Shown here one piece after another: positions 1 through 9,063 of a DNA stretch of 30,510 nucleotides (positions are counted from its first letter, which is position 1; each line of letters starts with the position of its first letter). A program made the translations under genes and the position numbers. This DNA is from Methanobacteriota archaeon (lineage in GTDB: Archaea > Hydrothermarchaeota > Hydrothermarchaeia > Hydrothermarchaeales > JACRDW01): the NCBI GenBank assembly GCA_043820925.1, contig JBDRDL010000003.1, positions 1 through 30,510 on the forward strand, given 5' to 3'. Below the pieces are notes generated by a model. That model was not told the origin of the DNA and ran no database searches. It worked only from the letters and a program-made list of their open reading frames with translations.

Positions 1-1577
1 GGCGGATTCCCAATCACCACATCAAACCCGTCCTGCCTGAAAACGTCAGGAAATTGCGCCTGCCAGTTAAATGCCTTTTCTGAAATCGCCAAATCGTCAA
101 TCAAAGAATTTCCGCATTTTATGTTATCCTTCATAGGCGGAAGAAGGCGCTTTTTTGTCTCTCTTGTTTCGCCTTCCAGCAATCGCAGTAAGAGGTTTAA
201 CTGCGCCAGCTCAACTGCTTTTTCATCCAAATCAACGCAAAAGATGCAGTTTGTCAGGATAGCTATCTTCTGACCAAGATTCAATCTTCCTTTATAGTCT
301 TTGAAAGTATGCCACTTCTCTGAGCGTCCACCTTTTTTCAGCCTGTTTTCTATAGCTTCGCATACTTCCTGAAATGCCCTGATTAGAAAGCTCCCAGAAC
401 CGCAGGCAGGGTCAAGGATTTTTACTTCAAGTATCTCGTCTATTGTTTTATCTTTAATGTATTCTCCGACAGTGTTTTTAACAATGTAATCGACAATGTA
501 AGAGGGCGTGTAGTAGATGCCCATCTTCTTTCGTTTCCCTGTCCCTTCCTCCAGCTTTACCCTTTTTTCGGTTCCTTTTAGAATTGTCCCGAGATACTGC
601 TCGTAGATATTTCCAAGCAAATCTTCCCGGATTTCATCAAACAAATATCTTTCCTGCTGGCTTTTTGTACCGAAATACAGCCCTTTTATTACTTTGATTA
701 AAGTGTCTTCGTCGAAGAATCCCTCTTTTTCAAGCAAGCCCTCTCCAAACAGCTTTGAATTGTATGTTTTATCAAAAATTCTGAATTGAGTCCTAAGAAG
801 CTCCCAGAGTCTTTTTTCAGTACGTCCTGCCTGAAAATCTTTTACCATATTCAGGAGAAAGTCTTTTTCCTCTAAACCTCTGTCTTCCACAGAGCGCATG
901 AAGATTAATCTGTCAATCAGAATCTGGACGATTTCATCTATCTGCGGATCGGAGAGATACATCCGGAGTTTCTTCAAGTCCTTGGAGAGCCAGTCACGGA
1001 ACTGCAATAAATCGTCAAGGATGCTTTCATCAATCGGCTTTGATAATCGCTCGTCTTTTGCAGACAAAAGCTTGTTTATTTCCCCCTTTTCAAAGCTTTC
1101 GCGAGAAAGCAACCACAATCTATCAAATTCTTTGTCGAAATCCTCGCAATTTATCCAGAGATATCCTTTCCCATCTTTTAGCAAGTTCTTGTTGATATTT
1201 TTAATATTCGATAAAGCGTGATAAACGCGGATTTTCCTGAAATTAGTTAAAACCGCATATTTAATTTTTCTATGATACGCATAAGAAACAGCTTGCCTTC
1301 CTTCCTCTTCGGTCAATTCTACACCGGTTTTCTTCGCCTCGACAACCAGAACTTCTTGATTTCCTATCTTCAAAATATAGTCTGCTCTTCCTTTCAGAAC
1401 TCTCTGCTCTTTTTCGATGTCTTCTCTTCTCCAGCCGAGAGCTTCAAGAAGGGGTTCTATATATAAAAATTTTATCTGCTCTTCCGACTTTTTGTCAAGC
1501 TCATCTTTAGGAACTTTACGAAAACTTTCTACTAGCTCTTTTATCTGCTGTTTAGCATTTTCAATATTCATTGCCAT
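1..1577 (-). CDS. Type IIG restriction-modification enzyme (N-terminal PD-(D/E)xK nuclease + N6-adenine methyltransferase), runs off window start
   Basis: Not in the ORF track because it has no stop in the window. Manual translation from ATG 1577: MAMNIENAKQQ...GRADYILK...VVEAKK (nuclease), GIYYTPSYIVDYIV, ILDPACGSGSFL (motif I), GFDVVIGNP(P) (motif IV) at the window edge. Confidence 0.88.
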   Translation of the reverse strand, partial: MAMNIENAKQQIKELVESFRKVPKDELDKKSEEQIKFLYIEPLLEALGWRREDIEKEQRVLKGRADYILKIGNQEVLVVEAKKTGVELTEEEGRQAVSYAYHRKIKYAVLTNFRKIRVYHALSNIKNINKNLLKDGKGYLWINCEDFDKEFDRLWLLSRESFEKGEINKLLSAKDERLSKPIDESILDDLLQFRDWLSKDLKKLRMYLSDPQIDEIVQILIDRLIFMRSVEDRGLEEKDFLLNMVKDFQAGRTEKRLWELLRTQFRIFDKTYNSKLFGEGLLEKEGFFDEDTLIKVIKGLYFGTKSQQERYLFDEIREDLLGNIYEQYLGTILKGTEKRVKLEEGTGKRKKMGIYYTPSYIVDYIVKNTVGEYIKDKTIDEILEVKILDPACGSGSFLIRAFQEVCEAIENRLKKGGRSEKWHTFKDYKGRLNLGQKIAILTNCIFCVDLDEKAVELAQLNLLLRLLEGETRETKKRLLPPMKDNIKCGNSLIDDLAISEKAFNWQAQFPDVFRQDGFDVVIGNP

Positions 1578-1653
1578 TAGATTTTATCTATTCTCTATTA
1601 AATCTTATGCCAAAGGCGAAACTATCTTATTGTTCAACACCAAAGAGAAAGAT

Positions 1654-2580
1654 ATGCGCAAAGTCTTCCTCTTTGAATATGCAACCTGCGCAGGAAATAA
1701 ACTTCCACCCTCGATAGCGGTCGAAGGCTCGGGCATGTTCAAGACGCTGTTTGAAGGATTTGAAAACCCGATTTCGTTCTATGGCGCAGAAAATTATCTC
1801 GAACTTTTTGAAAAACATCTCGATAAAGCAGAGTTTACTCTGGCAATTGCCCCAGAGAGCGATTTCGAGCTCTACAGATTAACAAAAAAAATTGAAAGCT
1901 CGAACTGCCAAAATCTTGGCTGCGATTCAAAGAGCGTTGAGACAGCGACTGACAAATTTTTGACTTATAAAAAATTGAGGGGCATCGATACCCCAAAGAC
2001 TGAAATTTTCGACGGAAAAACTGGATTGGAATTTCCTCTAATAGCAAAGCCCAGAGACGGTGCAGGCTGCGAGGGAATTTTTTTCATTAAAAGCGAAAAA
2101 GAGCTTGAAAAAATCCCGAGAGCGAATTACATACTTCAGGAGTACGTTGAAGGGCAGCCTTGCAGTGCAAGTCTCCTTATAGGCGATGAAATAAATCTTC
2201 TAAGTTTGCAGACGCAAGAAATTGAAAATTTCAAATACGTCGGTGCTAAAATCCCTATCGCTATCGAAAACCACGAAAATATTCTCAAAGCTGTCGAGAG
2301 AATTAAATTACATGGTTTCGCTGGAGTGGACTTCGTTGCTGGCGAGGAGATAAAAATAATTGAGATAAACCCAAGACCCACGACGCCGATAATTGCGCTG
2401 AATAAAGTTTTTGATTTCAACATCGCAGAGCTTATTCTGAAAAATTACTATAGAGAAAACCTGCCAAAGTTTGAACCAAAAAGAAAAATTTACATGAAAA
2501 AGATCAAAGGAAATAAAGGCTACGTATCATTTGGCGGTTACTCGATTGTATTGGAGGAATCGGTGTCGAGCGAGGAGTGA
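1654..2580 (+). CDS. mfnD: ATP-grasp ligase, likely tyramine--L-glutamate ligase (methanofuran biosynthesis)
   Basis: MRKVFLFEYAT..EGSGMF, IAPE, KPRDGAGCEG, QEYVEG, GFAGVD, IEINPRPTT; ATG 1654 preferred over the track start 1417; adjacent to mfnF/mfnE. Confidence 0.75.
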   Translation: MRKVFLFEYATCAGNKLPPSIAVEGSGMFKTLFEGFENPISFYGAENYLELFEKHLDKAEFTLAIAPESDFELYRLTKKIESSNCQNLGCDSKSVETATDKFLTYKKLRGIDTPKTEIFDGKTGLEFPLIAKPRDGAGCEGIFFIKSEKELEKIPRANYILQEYVEGQPCSASLLIGDEINLLSLQTQEIENFKYVGAKIPIAIENHENILKAVERIKLHGFAGVDFVAGEEIKIIEINPRPTTPIIALNKVFDFNIAELILKNYYRENLPKFEPKRKIYMKKIKGNKGYVSFGGYSIVLEESVSSEE

Positions 2581-2612
2581 GGAGCGTAGCGACGAAACGA
2601 CGAAGGGTGACA
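2564..2612 (+). repeat. Purine-rich hairpin of alternating Watson-Crick and tandem G.A pairs spanning the mfnD stop
   Basis: tgtc..c|GA|g|GA|gt|GA|g|GA|gc|GTA|gc|GA|c|GAA|ac|GA|c|GAA|g..gaca. Confidence 0.6.
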
Positions 2613-2614
2613 AA

Positions 2615-3604
2615 ATGAGAATAGCAGCTTATGATATAGGCGGGGCGAATACGAAGAAATTGCTCCTGGATACAAAAACTGGAAAAATAAAATCTGAAAT
2701 TGTATATTTTCCGGTGTGGAAGAAAAAAGCAGGGCTAAAATCGTTCTTACAAGGCATCAAAGAAAAAACTGATTGCGCAGCGATAACAATGACCGCCGAG
2801 CTGTGCGACTGCTTTTCGAGCAAAGCAGAGGGAGTGAATTACATAACTTCAGCGTGCAAAGAAGTTTTTGAGAATCCTTACTATTTGAGTGTCGATAAAA
2901 AACTTTTTGGATTCGGAGAGATTAGAAATTTGAAAATCGCAGCAGCGAATTTTGCGGCAAGCATATATTTTCTTGAGAAAAAATTTGGAGAGGGCATTCT
3001 CATAGACGTTGGCAGCACGACTACAGATATAATGCCTTTTAAAAGAAACAAAATTTTTTACTGCAAAACAGATTTAGAGAGGCTCCGAAAAAATCAGCTG
3101 ATTTACACAGGCATGCTAAGAACGCCGCTAAGTGCTATCGTTAGTAGGGTGCCTTTCAAAAATCGGCTGGTTAGAATTTCTTCAGAGCACTTTGCAATAA
3201 CTGCAGATGTTTACAGCATTTTGGGCATGCTCAAAAATTATTCCTGCGAGACTCCGGATGGTGGAGGTAAAATGAGAAAAGATTCTATGCGAAGAATAGC
3301 AAGACTGCTGTGCGCAGATTTAGAAGAGCTGGGAAAAAAAGAAGTGCTCGGAATATGTAAATACCTGCACAAAAAGCAGGTCGAGCTAATCGCAAAAGCC
3401 CTGCGGGGAGCTGCTGATGATTCTGGAATCAAAAGAGCATACGTCTGCGGAATTGGAAAAGAGCTGGCAAAGAAAGCGTGTAAACTGGCAGGAATAAATG
3501 CCGTGGATTTATCTAGAATAACAAAAGCTTATGATAACCTGCCCTGCCTGGGTCTAGCTGAGATGGTAAAAGATTATATGGGTGAGGAAAATGTATGTGG
3601 TTAA
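2615..3604 (+). CDS. mfnF: Hydantoinase A-family H4MPT-linked C1 protein (methanofuran biosynthesis)
   Basis: DIGGANTK, ITMTAELCDCF, AAANF, DVGSTTTDI, YTGMLRTP, SEHFAITADV, ETPDG, ARLLCAD; SD-like GGGTGA before ATG 2615. Confidence 0.82.
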   Translation: MRIAAYDIGGANTKKLLLDTKTGKIKSEIVYFPVWKKKAGLKSFLQGIKEKTDCAAITMTAELCDCFSSKAEGVNYITSACKEVFENPYYLSVDKKLFGFGEIRNLKIAAANFAASIYFLEKKFGEGILIDVGSTTTDIMPFKRNKIFYCKTDLERLRKNQLIYTGMLRTPLSAIVSRVPFKNRLVRISSEHFAITADVYSILGMLKNYSCETPDGGGKMRKDSMRRIARLLCADLEELGKKEVLGICKYLHKKQVELIAKALRGAADDSGIKRAYVCGIGKELAKKACKLAGINAVDLSRITKAYDNLPCLGLAEMVKDYMGEENVCG

Positions 3605-4181
3605 GCTCGGGGGCAGTCTGATAAAATATGCCGGGAGCATAATGGCTGTGCTTAAAGAGTATGATGTTCTGATAATTCCGGGCGGGGGAATATTCGCAGA
3701 CACTGTTCGGAAGGTTTACAATAAATTCAATCTTTCAGAAATGGCTGCGCATCGGATGGCAATCGCTGCTATGGAGCAGTATGGCATGTTTCTGTCCGAT
3801 ATCTCAGGAGTAAAAACAGCGAACTCTGTAAATAAAATAAAAACGCCCTGCATTTTTTTGCCTCATGGATTAAAAAAAACATTCAAGCCTTCCTGGAGCG
3901 TTACCTCAGATGCGATAGCATGCTGTATTGCAAGAAAAGTTGGGGCTGAAAAATTTATACTTCTGAAGGATGTGGACGGCATACGCATAGATGGCAGATT
4001 GGTGAGTAAGATTTCTGCTGAGGAGCTCTCCAGATATGGAAGGACCTGCGTTGATGAGGAACTGCCCAAGTATTTAAGCAGGTATAAAATGGACTGCTGG
4101 ATTGTGAATGGGAAAAAGCTTGGCAGGGTAAAAGATGCGATGGAAGGCAGGTTTAAGGGGACGCTAATACTGGGTGTCTGA
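3591..4181 (+). CDS. mfnE: Amino-acid-kinase-family protein, likely 5-(aminomethyl)-3-furanmethanol phosphate kinase
   Basis: VVKLGGSL, IIPGGGIFADTVR, AHRMAIAAMEQYG, SWSVTSDAIA, LKDVDGI; clustered with mfnD/mfnF. Confidence 0.75.
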   Translation: MYVVKLGGSLIKYAGSIMAVLKEYDVLIIPGGGIFADTVRKVYNKFNLSEMAAHRMAIAAMEQYGMFLSDISGVKTANSVNKIKTPCIFLPHGLKKTFKPSWSVTSDAIACCIARKVGAEKFILLKDVDGIRIDGRLVSKISAEELSRYGRTCVDEELPKYLSRYKMDCWIVNGKKLGRVKDAMEGRFKGTLILGV

Positions 4182-4217
4182 AATTTTTGCTCTCGGCAAA
4201 GATTTCTACGTGGAGGT

Positions 4218-4379
4218 ATGGAAAGGCTGAGATGCATTTCATGCGGTGCTTATATAACAATCGGAGATGGTTCTGTTAAGTTTCCCTGTCCGGAATGCGA
4301 CGAAATCATCGGTCGCTGCACCAGGTGCAGGGATTTGAGCAAGAAATTTGTGAGCAAATGCGGTTTTGTGGGACCATGA
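4218..4379 (+). CDS. Small zinc-finger protein (DUF1610/HVO_2753-like), 53 aa
   Basis: Below the ORF-track cutoff: MERLRCISCG...KFPCPECDEIIGRCTRCR...KCGFVGP; SD GGAGGT; usual archaeal position upstream of EF-1beta. Confidence 0.85.
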   Translation: MERLRCISCGAYITIGDGSVKFPCPECDEIIGRCTRCRDLSKKFVSKCGFVGP

Positions 4380-4380
4380 A

Positions 4381-4498
4381 TGTCAGCACTTCGTAGGCAA
4401 GCTTTTCACGCTTGCCAAAATGAATGCCTACTCGTGCCGACACCCATGTGGGGTCAAGACACGACGAAGGAGGAGTGATAGCGACGACTGAGGAAGTG
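4381..4498. repeat. Composite palindromic insert: 62-bp hairpin (4381-4442) plus G.A-zipper hairpin (4460-4498)
   Basis: tgtcagcac/gtgccgaca, gtaggca/tgcctac, alternative ggcaagc/gcttgcc; cac|GA|c|GA|ag|GA|g|GA|gt|gata|gc|GA|c|GA|ct|GA|g|GAA|gtg. Confidence 0.65.
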
Positions 4499-4505
4499 GA
4501 TTGAA

Positions 4506-4769
4506 ATGGCTGAAGTCTTGATAACTTTCAAAATAATGCCCGCAGAGGCAGATGTAAACATCGACTCCATTCGAGATGCGATAAAGAAGATAAAAACTGC
4601 AAGACTCAGTAAAATAGAGAAAGAGCCGATAGCCTTTGGTCTTGTAGCTCTCAAGCCTTCTTTTATTGCAAACGACGAGGGAGGGGCTGCGGATGAGATA
4701 GAAAAGGAATTGAAAAAAATCGATGGAGTAGGAAGTGCTGAAGTTATAGAGGTCACGAGATTACTATAG
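4506..4769 (+). CDS. ef1b: Archaeal elongation factor 1-beta
   Basis: [31 protein letters not shown]; 87 aa. Confidence 0.95.
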   Translation: MAEVLITFKIMPAEADVNIDSIRDAIKKIKTARLSKIEKEPIAFGLVALKPSFIANDEGGAADEIEKELKKIDGVGSAEVIEVTRLL

Positions 4770-5669
4770 CTTTCTTATTCCGCCCAAAAGCAGGCACAGC
4801 AGCGCTTTTTGCACGTGCAGTCTATTTTCAGCCTGCTCGAAGACTATTGAATTTTTGCCTTCCAGCACCTCGTCCGTTATCTCCAGACCGCGCTTCGCCG
4901 GCAGGCAGTGCATTATGAGCGGATTTCTGGCTTTCCCTATCAGCTCGGTATTTACTTGATATTTTTTAAAATCTCTCAGCCTCTTTTCTTCCTCAGACTC
5001 TTGTCCCATGCTGACCCATACGTCCGTATATATTATGTCTGCGTCAGCGACTGCACTCGCAGGGTTGTGAGTTATCTCGATTTTTGCTCCGCTCTTCTTC
5101 GCATATTTTTTTGCTTTTCTGAGGAGTTCTTCATTGGGCTCGTATCCTTTTGGGCAGGCAACCGAGATATCCATCCCGACAATCGAGGAGCCCAGAAGAA
5201 GTGAATTGCACACGTTGTTTCCGTCGCCTATGTATGCAAGTTTCAAATCAAAGCTCTTTTTAAATTCCTTGATTGTGAATAAATCAGAAAGCACCTGGCA
5301 CGGATGCTCTAAATCAGTTAAGCCGTTGATTACAGGAACTGTGGAATATTCTCCCAGCTCTACGGCATCCTCGTGTTTATTCGCTCTGAGCATTATTCCG
5401 TCCACATATCTGCTGAGCGTTCTTGCAGTGTCCTTTATAGTTTCTCCTCTCTTCAGCTGCATGTCCGTCCAGTCTAAGTATATCGCATGACCTCCAAGCT
5501 GGGTCATTGCTGCCTCGAAAGAAACTCTTGTCCTTGTGGATGCCTTCTCGAACATCATTGCGAGAGTTTTTTCTTTCAGAACCTTAAAATTCCTCTTTTT
5601 AAACTTTGCAGACATTCCAAAAATGCTATCGAGATTATTTTCTGCATCTGCTATTGATATCAGATTCAC
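4764..5669 (-). CDS. argF: Ornithine carbamoyltransferase
   Basis: [35 protein letters not shown]. Confidence 0.97.
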   Translation of the reverse strand: MNLISIADAENNLDSIFGMSAKFKKRNFKVLKEKTLAMMFEKASTRTRVSFEAAMTQLGGHAIYLDWTDMQLKRGETIKDTARTLSRYVDGIMLRANKHEDAVELGEYSTVPVINGLTDLEHPCQVLSDLFTIKEFKKSFDLKLAYIGDGNNVCNSLLLGSSIVGMDISVACPKGYEPNEELLRKAKKYAKKSGAKIEITHNPASAVADADIIYTDVWVSMGQESEEEKRLRDFKKYQVNTELIGKARNPLIMHCLPAKRGLEITDEVLEGKNSIVFEQAENRLHVQKALLCLLLGGIRKL

Positions 5670-5673
5670 TTTT

Positions 5674-7038
5674 TCACCTCTTCCGCAAGGAAGATGGCGT
5701 GTATGCCAGCTTCTTATCAGAATTTATTGCTTTCATATTCTCTATCTTTCTCTGAATTAAAGCCTTCGTTCCAATATCTCTGCGGTGATATATGTGCGCC
5801 CCCTTTATATCTTCAGTTGCAGCTTCTGCGATTTTCTCAGCTTCCTCGATAGAGTCAGCGATTCCCACGACTCCCAATGAGCGGGATGAGGTCGTGTATA
5901 TTTTGCCATTTTCTTCATTTACTGCCGCATAATACAGGATTGCTCTTTTACGTCTTATCGCCGCTTCATCAACGCTTATAATTTCACCTGCTCTAGAGCT
6001 AACCCCGTAACCTTCTGGCACGACGTACTTGCATACCGTAGCTTTCTTCTCGAAGAGCACATCCCTCTCCTTTAGAGTGCCGTCGATTATCTTCAGGCAT
6101 ATTTTCACGAAATCAGAGCTTAAAATGGGCAGTACATTCATAGCTTCAGGGTCTCCAAAGCGGCAGTTAAACTCGAGAAGCTTTAGCTTCCTGCCCAGCA
6201 TGAACTGCCCGTACAATATTCCCTTGTACTCCTCCCCTGTTTCTCTGCGCAGCGCATCAACAGTTTTTTTCATCACCCCGACCGCATACTCACGCTCATC
6301 CCCTGTCGCAAATGGCAGCAAACCATTTGAATCAGAGTAAGAGCCCATACCGCCTGTGTTATGACCTGCGTCGCCCTCGAATGCCCTCTTGTGGTCCTGC
6401 ACCATGGGCATGGCGACGAGATGCCTTCCGTCTACAAAAGCTTGAAGAGTGAATTCTTCTCCAACAGCTTTTTCCTCGATTACAACTCTCCCTCCTCCAA
6501 TTTTTTTTTCTATGACTTCTCGCACATATTTCTTGGCTTCTTCCTCGTCTTTCAGCTGGTCTCCTGTAACTTTGACTCCCTTTCCTCCTGTTAGCCCGAC
6601 AGGTTTAACAGCCATCGGCTTTCCAAAAGCGTCAATGAACTTGGATGCTTCTTCTGCATCATCAAAAACCGCATATTCCAGCGACCCGGGAATTCTGTAT
6701 TTCTGCATTAGATTGCGCATGAATTCTTTGCTTGCTTCGATTCTTGCAAGTTTTTTTGCAGGTCCTACGCAGGGAATTCCTTCCACACTCAGCGCATCTA
6801 CGATGCCTTCTGCAAGCGGCGCTTCTGGACCAATTACTGCGAAATCCGCGCTGCTCTCTTTTGCGAATTCTGCTATTTTCTTTGTTTCTGTTTCACTTTC
6901 CAAGAGTATTTTCTCAGACAGCCTTGCGATTCCGGGATTTCTGTTTTTCATCGCTGCGAAGAGCTTTACGCCGCTTCTCTTAATCACCTCAGCTATCGCA
7001 TGCTCTCTTGCCCCTCCGCCGACGAGCAATACCTTCAT
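5674..7038 (-). CDS. purD: Phosphoribosylamine--glycine ligase
   Basis: [47 protein letters not shown]. Confidence 0.97.
   Translation of the reverse strand: MKVLLVGGGAREHAIAEVIKRSGVKLFAAMKNRNPGIARLSEKILLESETETKKIAEFAKESSADFAVIGPEAPLAEGIVDALSVEGIPCVGPAKKLARIEASKEFMRNLMQKYRIPGSLEYAVFDDAEEASKFIDAFGKPMAVKPVGLTGGKGVKVTGDQLKDEEEAKKYVREVIEKKIGGGRVVIEEKAVGEEFTLQAFVDGRHLVAMPMVQDHKRAFEGDAGHNTGGMGSYSDSNGLLPFATGDEREYAVGVMKKTVDALRRETGEEYKGILYGQFMLGRKLKLLEFNCRFGDPEAMNVLPILSSDFVKICLKIIDGTLKERDVLFEKKATVCKYVVPEGYGVSSRAGEIISVDEAAIRRKRAILYYAAVNEENGKIYTTSSRSLGVVGIADSIEEAEKIAEAATEDIKGAHIYHRRDIGTKALIQRKIENMKAINSDKKLAYTPSSLRKR
5680..5724. repeat. 45-bp imperfect palindrome, copy 1 (encodes the PurD C-terminal tail)
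   Basis: 38/45 identical to 7919-7963. Confidence 0.85.
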
Positions 7039-7039
7039 T

Positions 7040-7906
7040 TTACTCCCTGCCAGATGGATAGAAAAGGTTTATCTCGATTATTATTATAGCCACGCCGATT
7101 CCGAGTATTATCAGGTGCAGTAAGATTAGGTATCCTACGAGCGCATAAGCAAATGCCTTTACGCTGGACGCAAGGCCTGCTATCTGCTCTATGTTTTCGG
7201 CAGAGCTCTTCAAGGTTGAAGAGGTGCTTGAAATCAAGCTGCCCAGGTGCTCCTTAAGCTCGTCAAAATTTTTTCTCGTTTGATTTAGATTCTTTCCAGC
7301 ATCTTGCAGTTCCTGCGAGGACTCCCTGAGCTGCGAAGCTGTGCTGCCGAGAGCGAGAGCAGTGCTCTCTAAACTCCTTGCGGTTGAGTCGAGCCTTGCT
7401 CCGGATTCTTCCAGCTTGGTAGCTGAGACTGTTATTTTGTCAGCTGCGCTGTCGAACATTGATTTTAAAGGCAGTGCGGAGCCGTTATATTCGTATTCTG
7501 CCGCCCATGATTTAAGACCTGTTGTGCCTGCACTCAAATAAACACCCGCATCTTTATTCGACCGGGACGCAAGCCTGATATTAATCCCTGCGTCTGCGAG
7601 ATTTTTAGAAGCAGAGCTTATAGTATCAGAGGCAGAGTTCAATTTATTTCCAGCCCTTACGACAGCAAGGGAAGCATTGTTTAGATTCAGGCTCAGCTCG
7701 GATATAGAAGCATCTGCGTCAGCTTTCGTCTTGTCGAACTCTTCGCTCATTTCAGATATCGATGTTTTCACAAAGCCAGTGGCATTTGAGTCCGGGGCAT
7801 AGCTGTGCACAAGCTTTAAAGCATATATTCCGCCGACTGTTCCGGAGAGCCCTATCAGCACTAAAGTAATGCCCAAACCCCTCAACAAAGTAGAAGGCAT
7901 ATCCAT
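7040..7906 (-). CDS. Hypothetical membrane protein: two terminal TM segments enclosing a long Ala/Ser-rich helical/coiled-coil region
   Basis: Hydrophobic N- and C-terminal helices, heptad-like interior; tightly packed between pyrE and purD. Confidence 0.7.
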   Translation of the reverse strand: MDMPSTLLRGLGITLVLIGLSGTVGGIYALKLVHSYAPDSNATGFVKTSISEMSEEFDKTKADADASISELSLNLNNASLAVVRAGNKLNSASDTISSASKNLADAGINIRLASRSNKDAGVYLSAGTTGLKSWAAEYEYNGSALPLKSMFDSAADKITVSATKLEESGARLDSTARSLESTALALGSTASQLRESSQELQDAGKNLNQTRKNFDELKEHLGSLISSTSSTLKSSAENIEQIAGLASSVKAFAYALVGYLILLHLIILGIGVAIIIIEINLFYPSGRE

Positions 7907-7915
7907 TTTCCCACC

Positions 7916-8467
7916 TCACTTCCGTAAGGAAGATGGCGTACGTGCCAGCTTCCTGTCGGAATTCGCCAACAGCTCTTTAGCAGTAAGCAGGGACACAAGC
8001 ATTATATCATGCTTTTTCAGCAGTTCACCTGCGCCCTCTAGCCTATCCACAACCACTATCACTTTGTTGCATATCAATTTTTTCTCTCTGATTACCTCCA
8101 CCGCTGCGAGCGCAGAGCCGCCGGAAGTGGTAACGTCTTCTATGACAACTATCTTCTCGCCAGCCTTTAATTCCCCCTCTATCAGCCTTTCGGTGCCGTG
8201 CTCTTTTTTTTCTTTTCTGACTATCAAAAAAGGAATTCCAAGCTCCAGGCTAACTCCTGCTGCGAGAGGTATTCCTCCTACTGCAACTCCTGCAACTCTA
8301 TCAACTTTTTCATTTTTAATCAGCTTCGCAATCTCTTTTACGAGTTCCCTCAAAATTTTTGGATTCGTGTACGCTTTTTTTATGTCGATATAGTAACTGC
8401 TCCTTTTGCCAGACGCCAGTGTAAAATCGCCTTTTTTTACAGCACATTTCATCATCTCAGCAAGCAT
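7916..8467 (-). CDS. pyrE: Orotate phosphoribosyltransferase
   Basis: GDFTLASGKRSSYYID, RKEKKEHG, VIEDVTTSGGS, VVDR. Confidence 0.96.
   Translation of the reverse strand: MLAEMMKCAVKKGDFTLASGKRSSYYIDIKKAYTNPKILRELVKEIAKLIKNEKVDRVAGVAVGGIPLAAGVSLELGIPFLIVRKEKKEHGTERLIEGELKAGEKIVVIEDVTTSGGSALAAVEVIREKKLICNKVIVVVDRLEGAGELLKKHDIMLVSLLTAKELLANSDRKLARTPSSLRK
7919..7963. repeat. 45-bp imperfect palindrome, copy 2 (encodes the PyrE C-terminal tail)
   Basis: 38/45 identical to 5680-5724. Confidence 0.85.
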
Positions 8468-8486
8468 CTCATCACCACTTCACAAG

Positions 8487-9002
8487 CTACCACGGCACGT
8501 TTTTGAGCTTTAGTAGGTATCCTGTTTTGTTTACTGCGAGGTGTCCAATTGGAGTTAGAATGAATAAAATTATCACAGTTTGGAGAGGTATTTCAGCAGC
8601 AAAGCTTGCAAAGAACAGCGCTCCGACTACGAAGTTCAGCTGGTCGAGAACAGGCGCATGGACACCTCTCGCCATTCCGAGCCTGCGCTTTATAAAGCTC
8701 CCGGCAGCGCCACCGAGGATTGCTCCACTTGAAAGTAGAAACGCAAGAAATAACTTTTCATTGAAAGTTGCATAAGGCAGCAATGGATTGTTAAAGTAAG
8801 CCATGAAGAATCCAAGGATTGAGCCAGACGCAATGCCCGCAGCAGAGCCCCTTATCGTTACTCCGTCGCCAAGAATTCGCCTTCCGTCAAGGAAGTTTTT
8901 GCCAAAATCAAAAGGTCTGCCGTACCCGAGCAGGCACGCACATATATTGGCAACGTAAGCAGGAAGAAAGAAGTATATTGCGGAAAGGATAGACTCGATC
9001 AT
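8487..9002 (-). CDS. carS: CDP-archaeol synthase (DUF46)
   Basis: PAYVAN, DFGKNFLDGRRILGDG, SFIKRRLG, LDQLNF, LKNVPW. Confidence 0.92.
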   Translation of the reverse strand: MIESILSAIYFFLPAYVANICACLLGYGRPFDFGKNFLDGRRILGDGVTIRGSAAGIASGSILGFFMAYFNNPLLPYATFNEKLFLAFLLSSGAILGGAAGSFIKRRLGMARGVHAPVLDQLNFVVGALFFASFAAEIPLQTVIILFILTPIGHLAVNKTGYLLKLKNVPW

Positions 9003-9063
9003 TGTTTCAACTTCAAAACGTAGATATATAAATTTTTAGCATATATGTTAATAGGTGAGCCAA

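Noticed and set aside
898..1466. Plus-strand ORFs of 107 and 64 aa, and the N-terminal extension of ORF 1417
   Set aside because: They are antisense shadows of the type IIG R-M gene.
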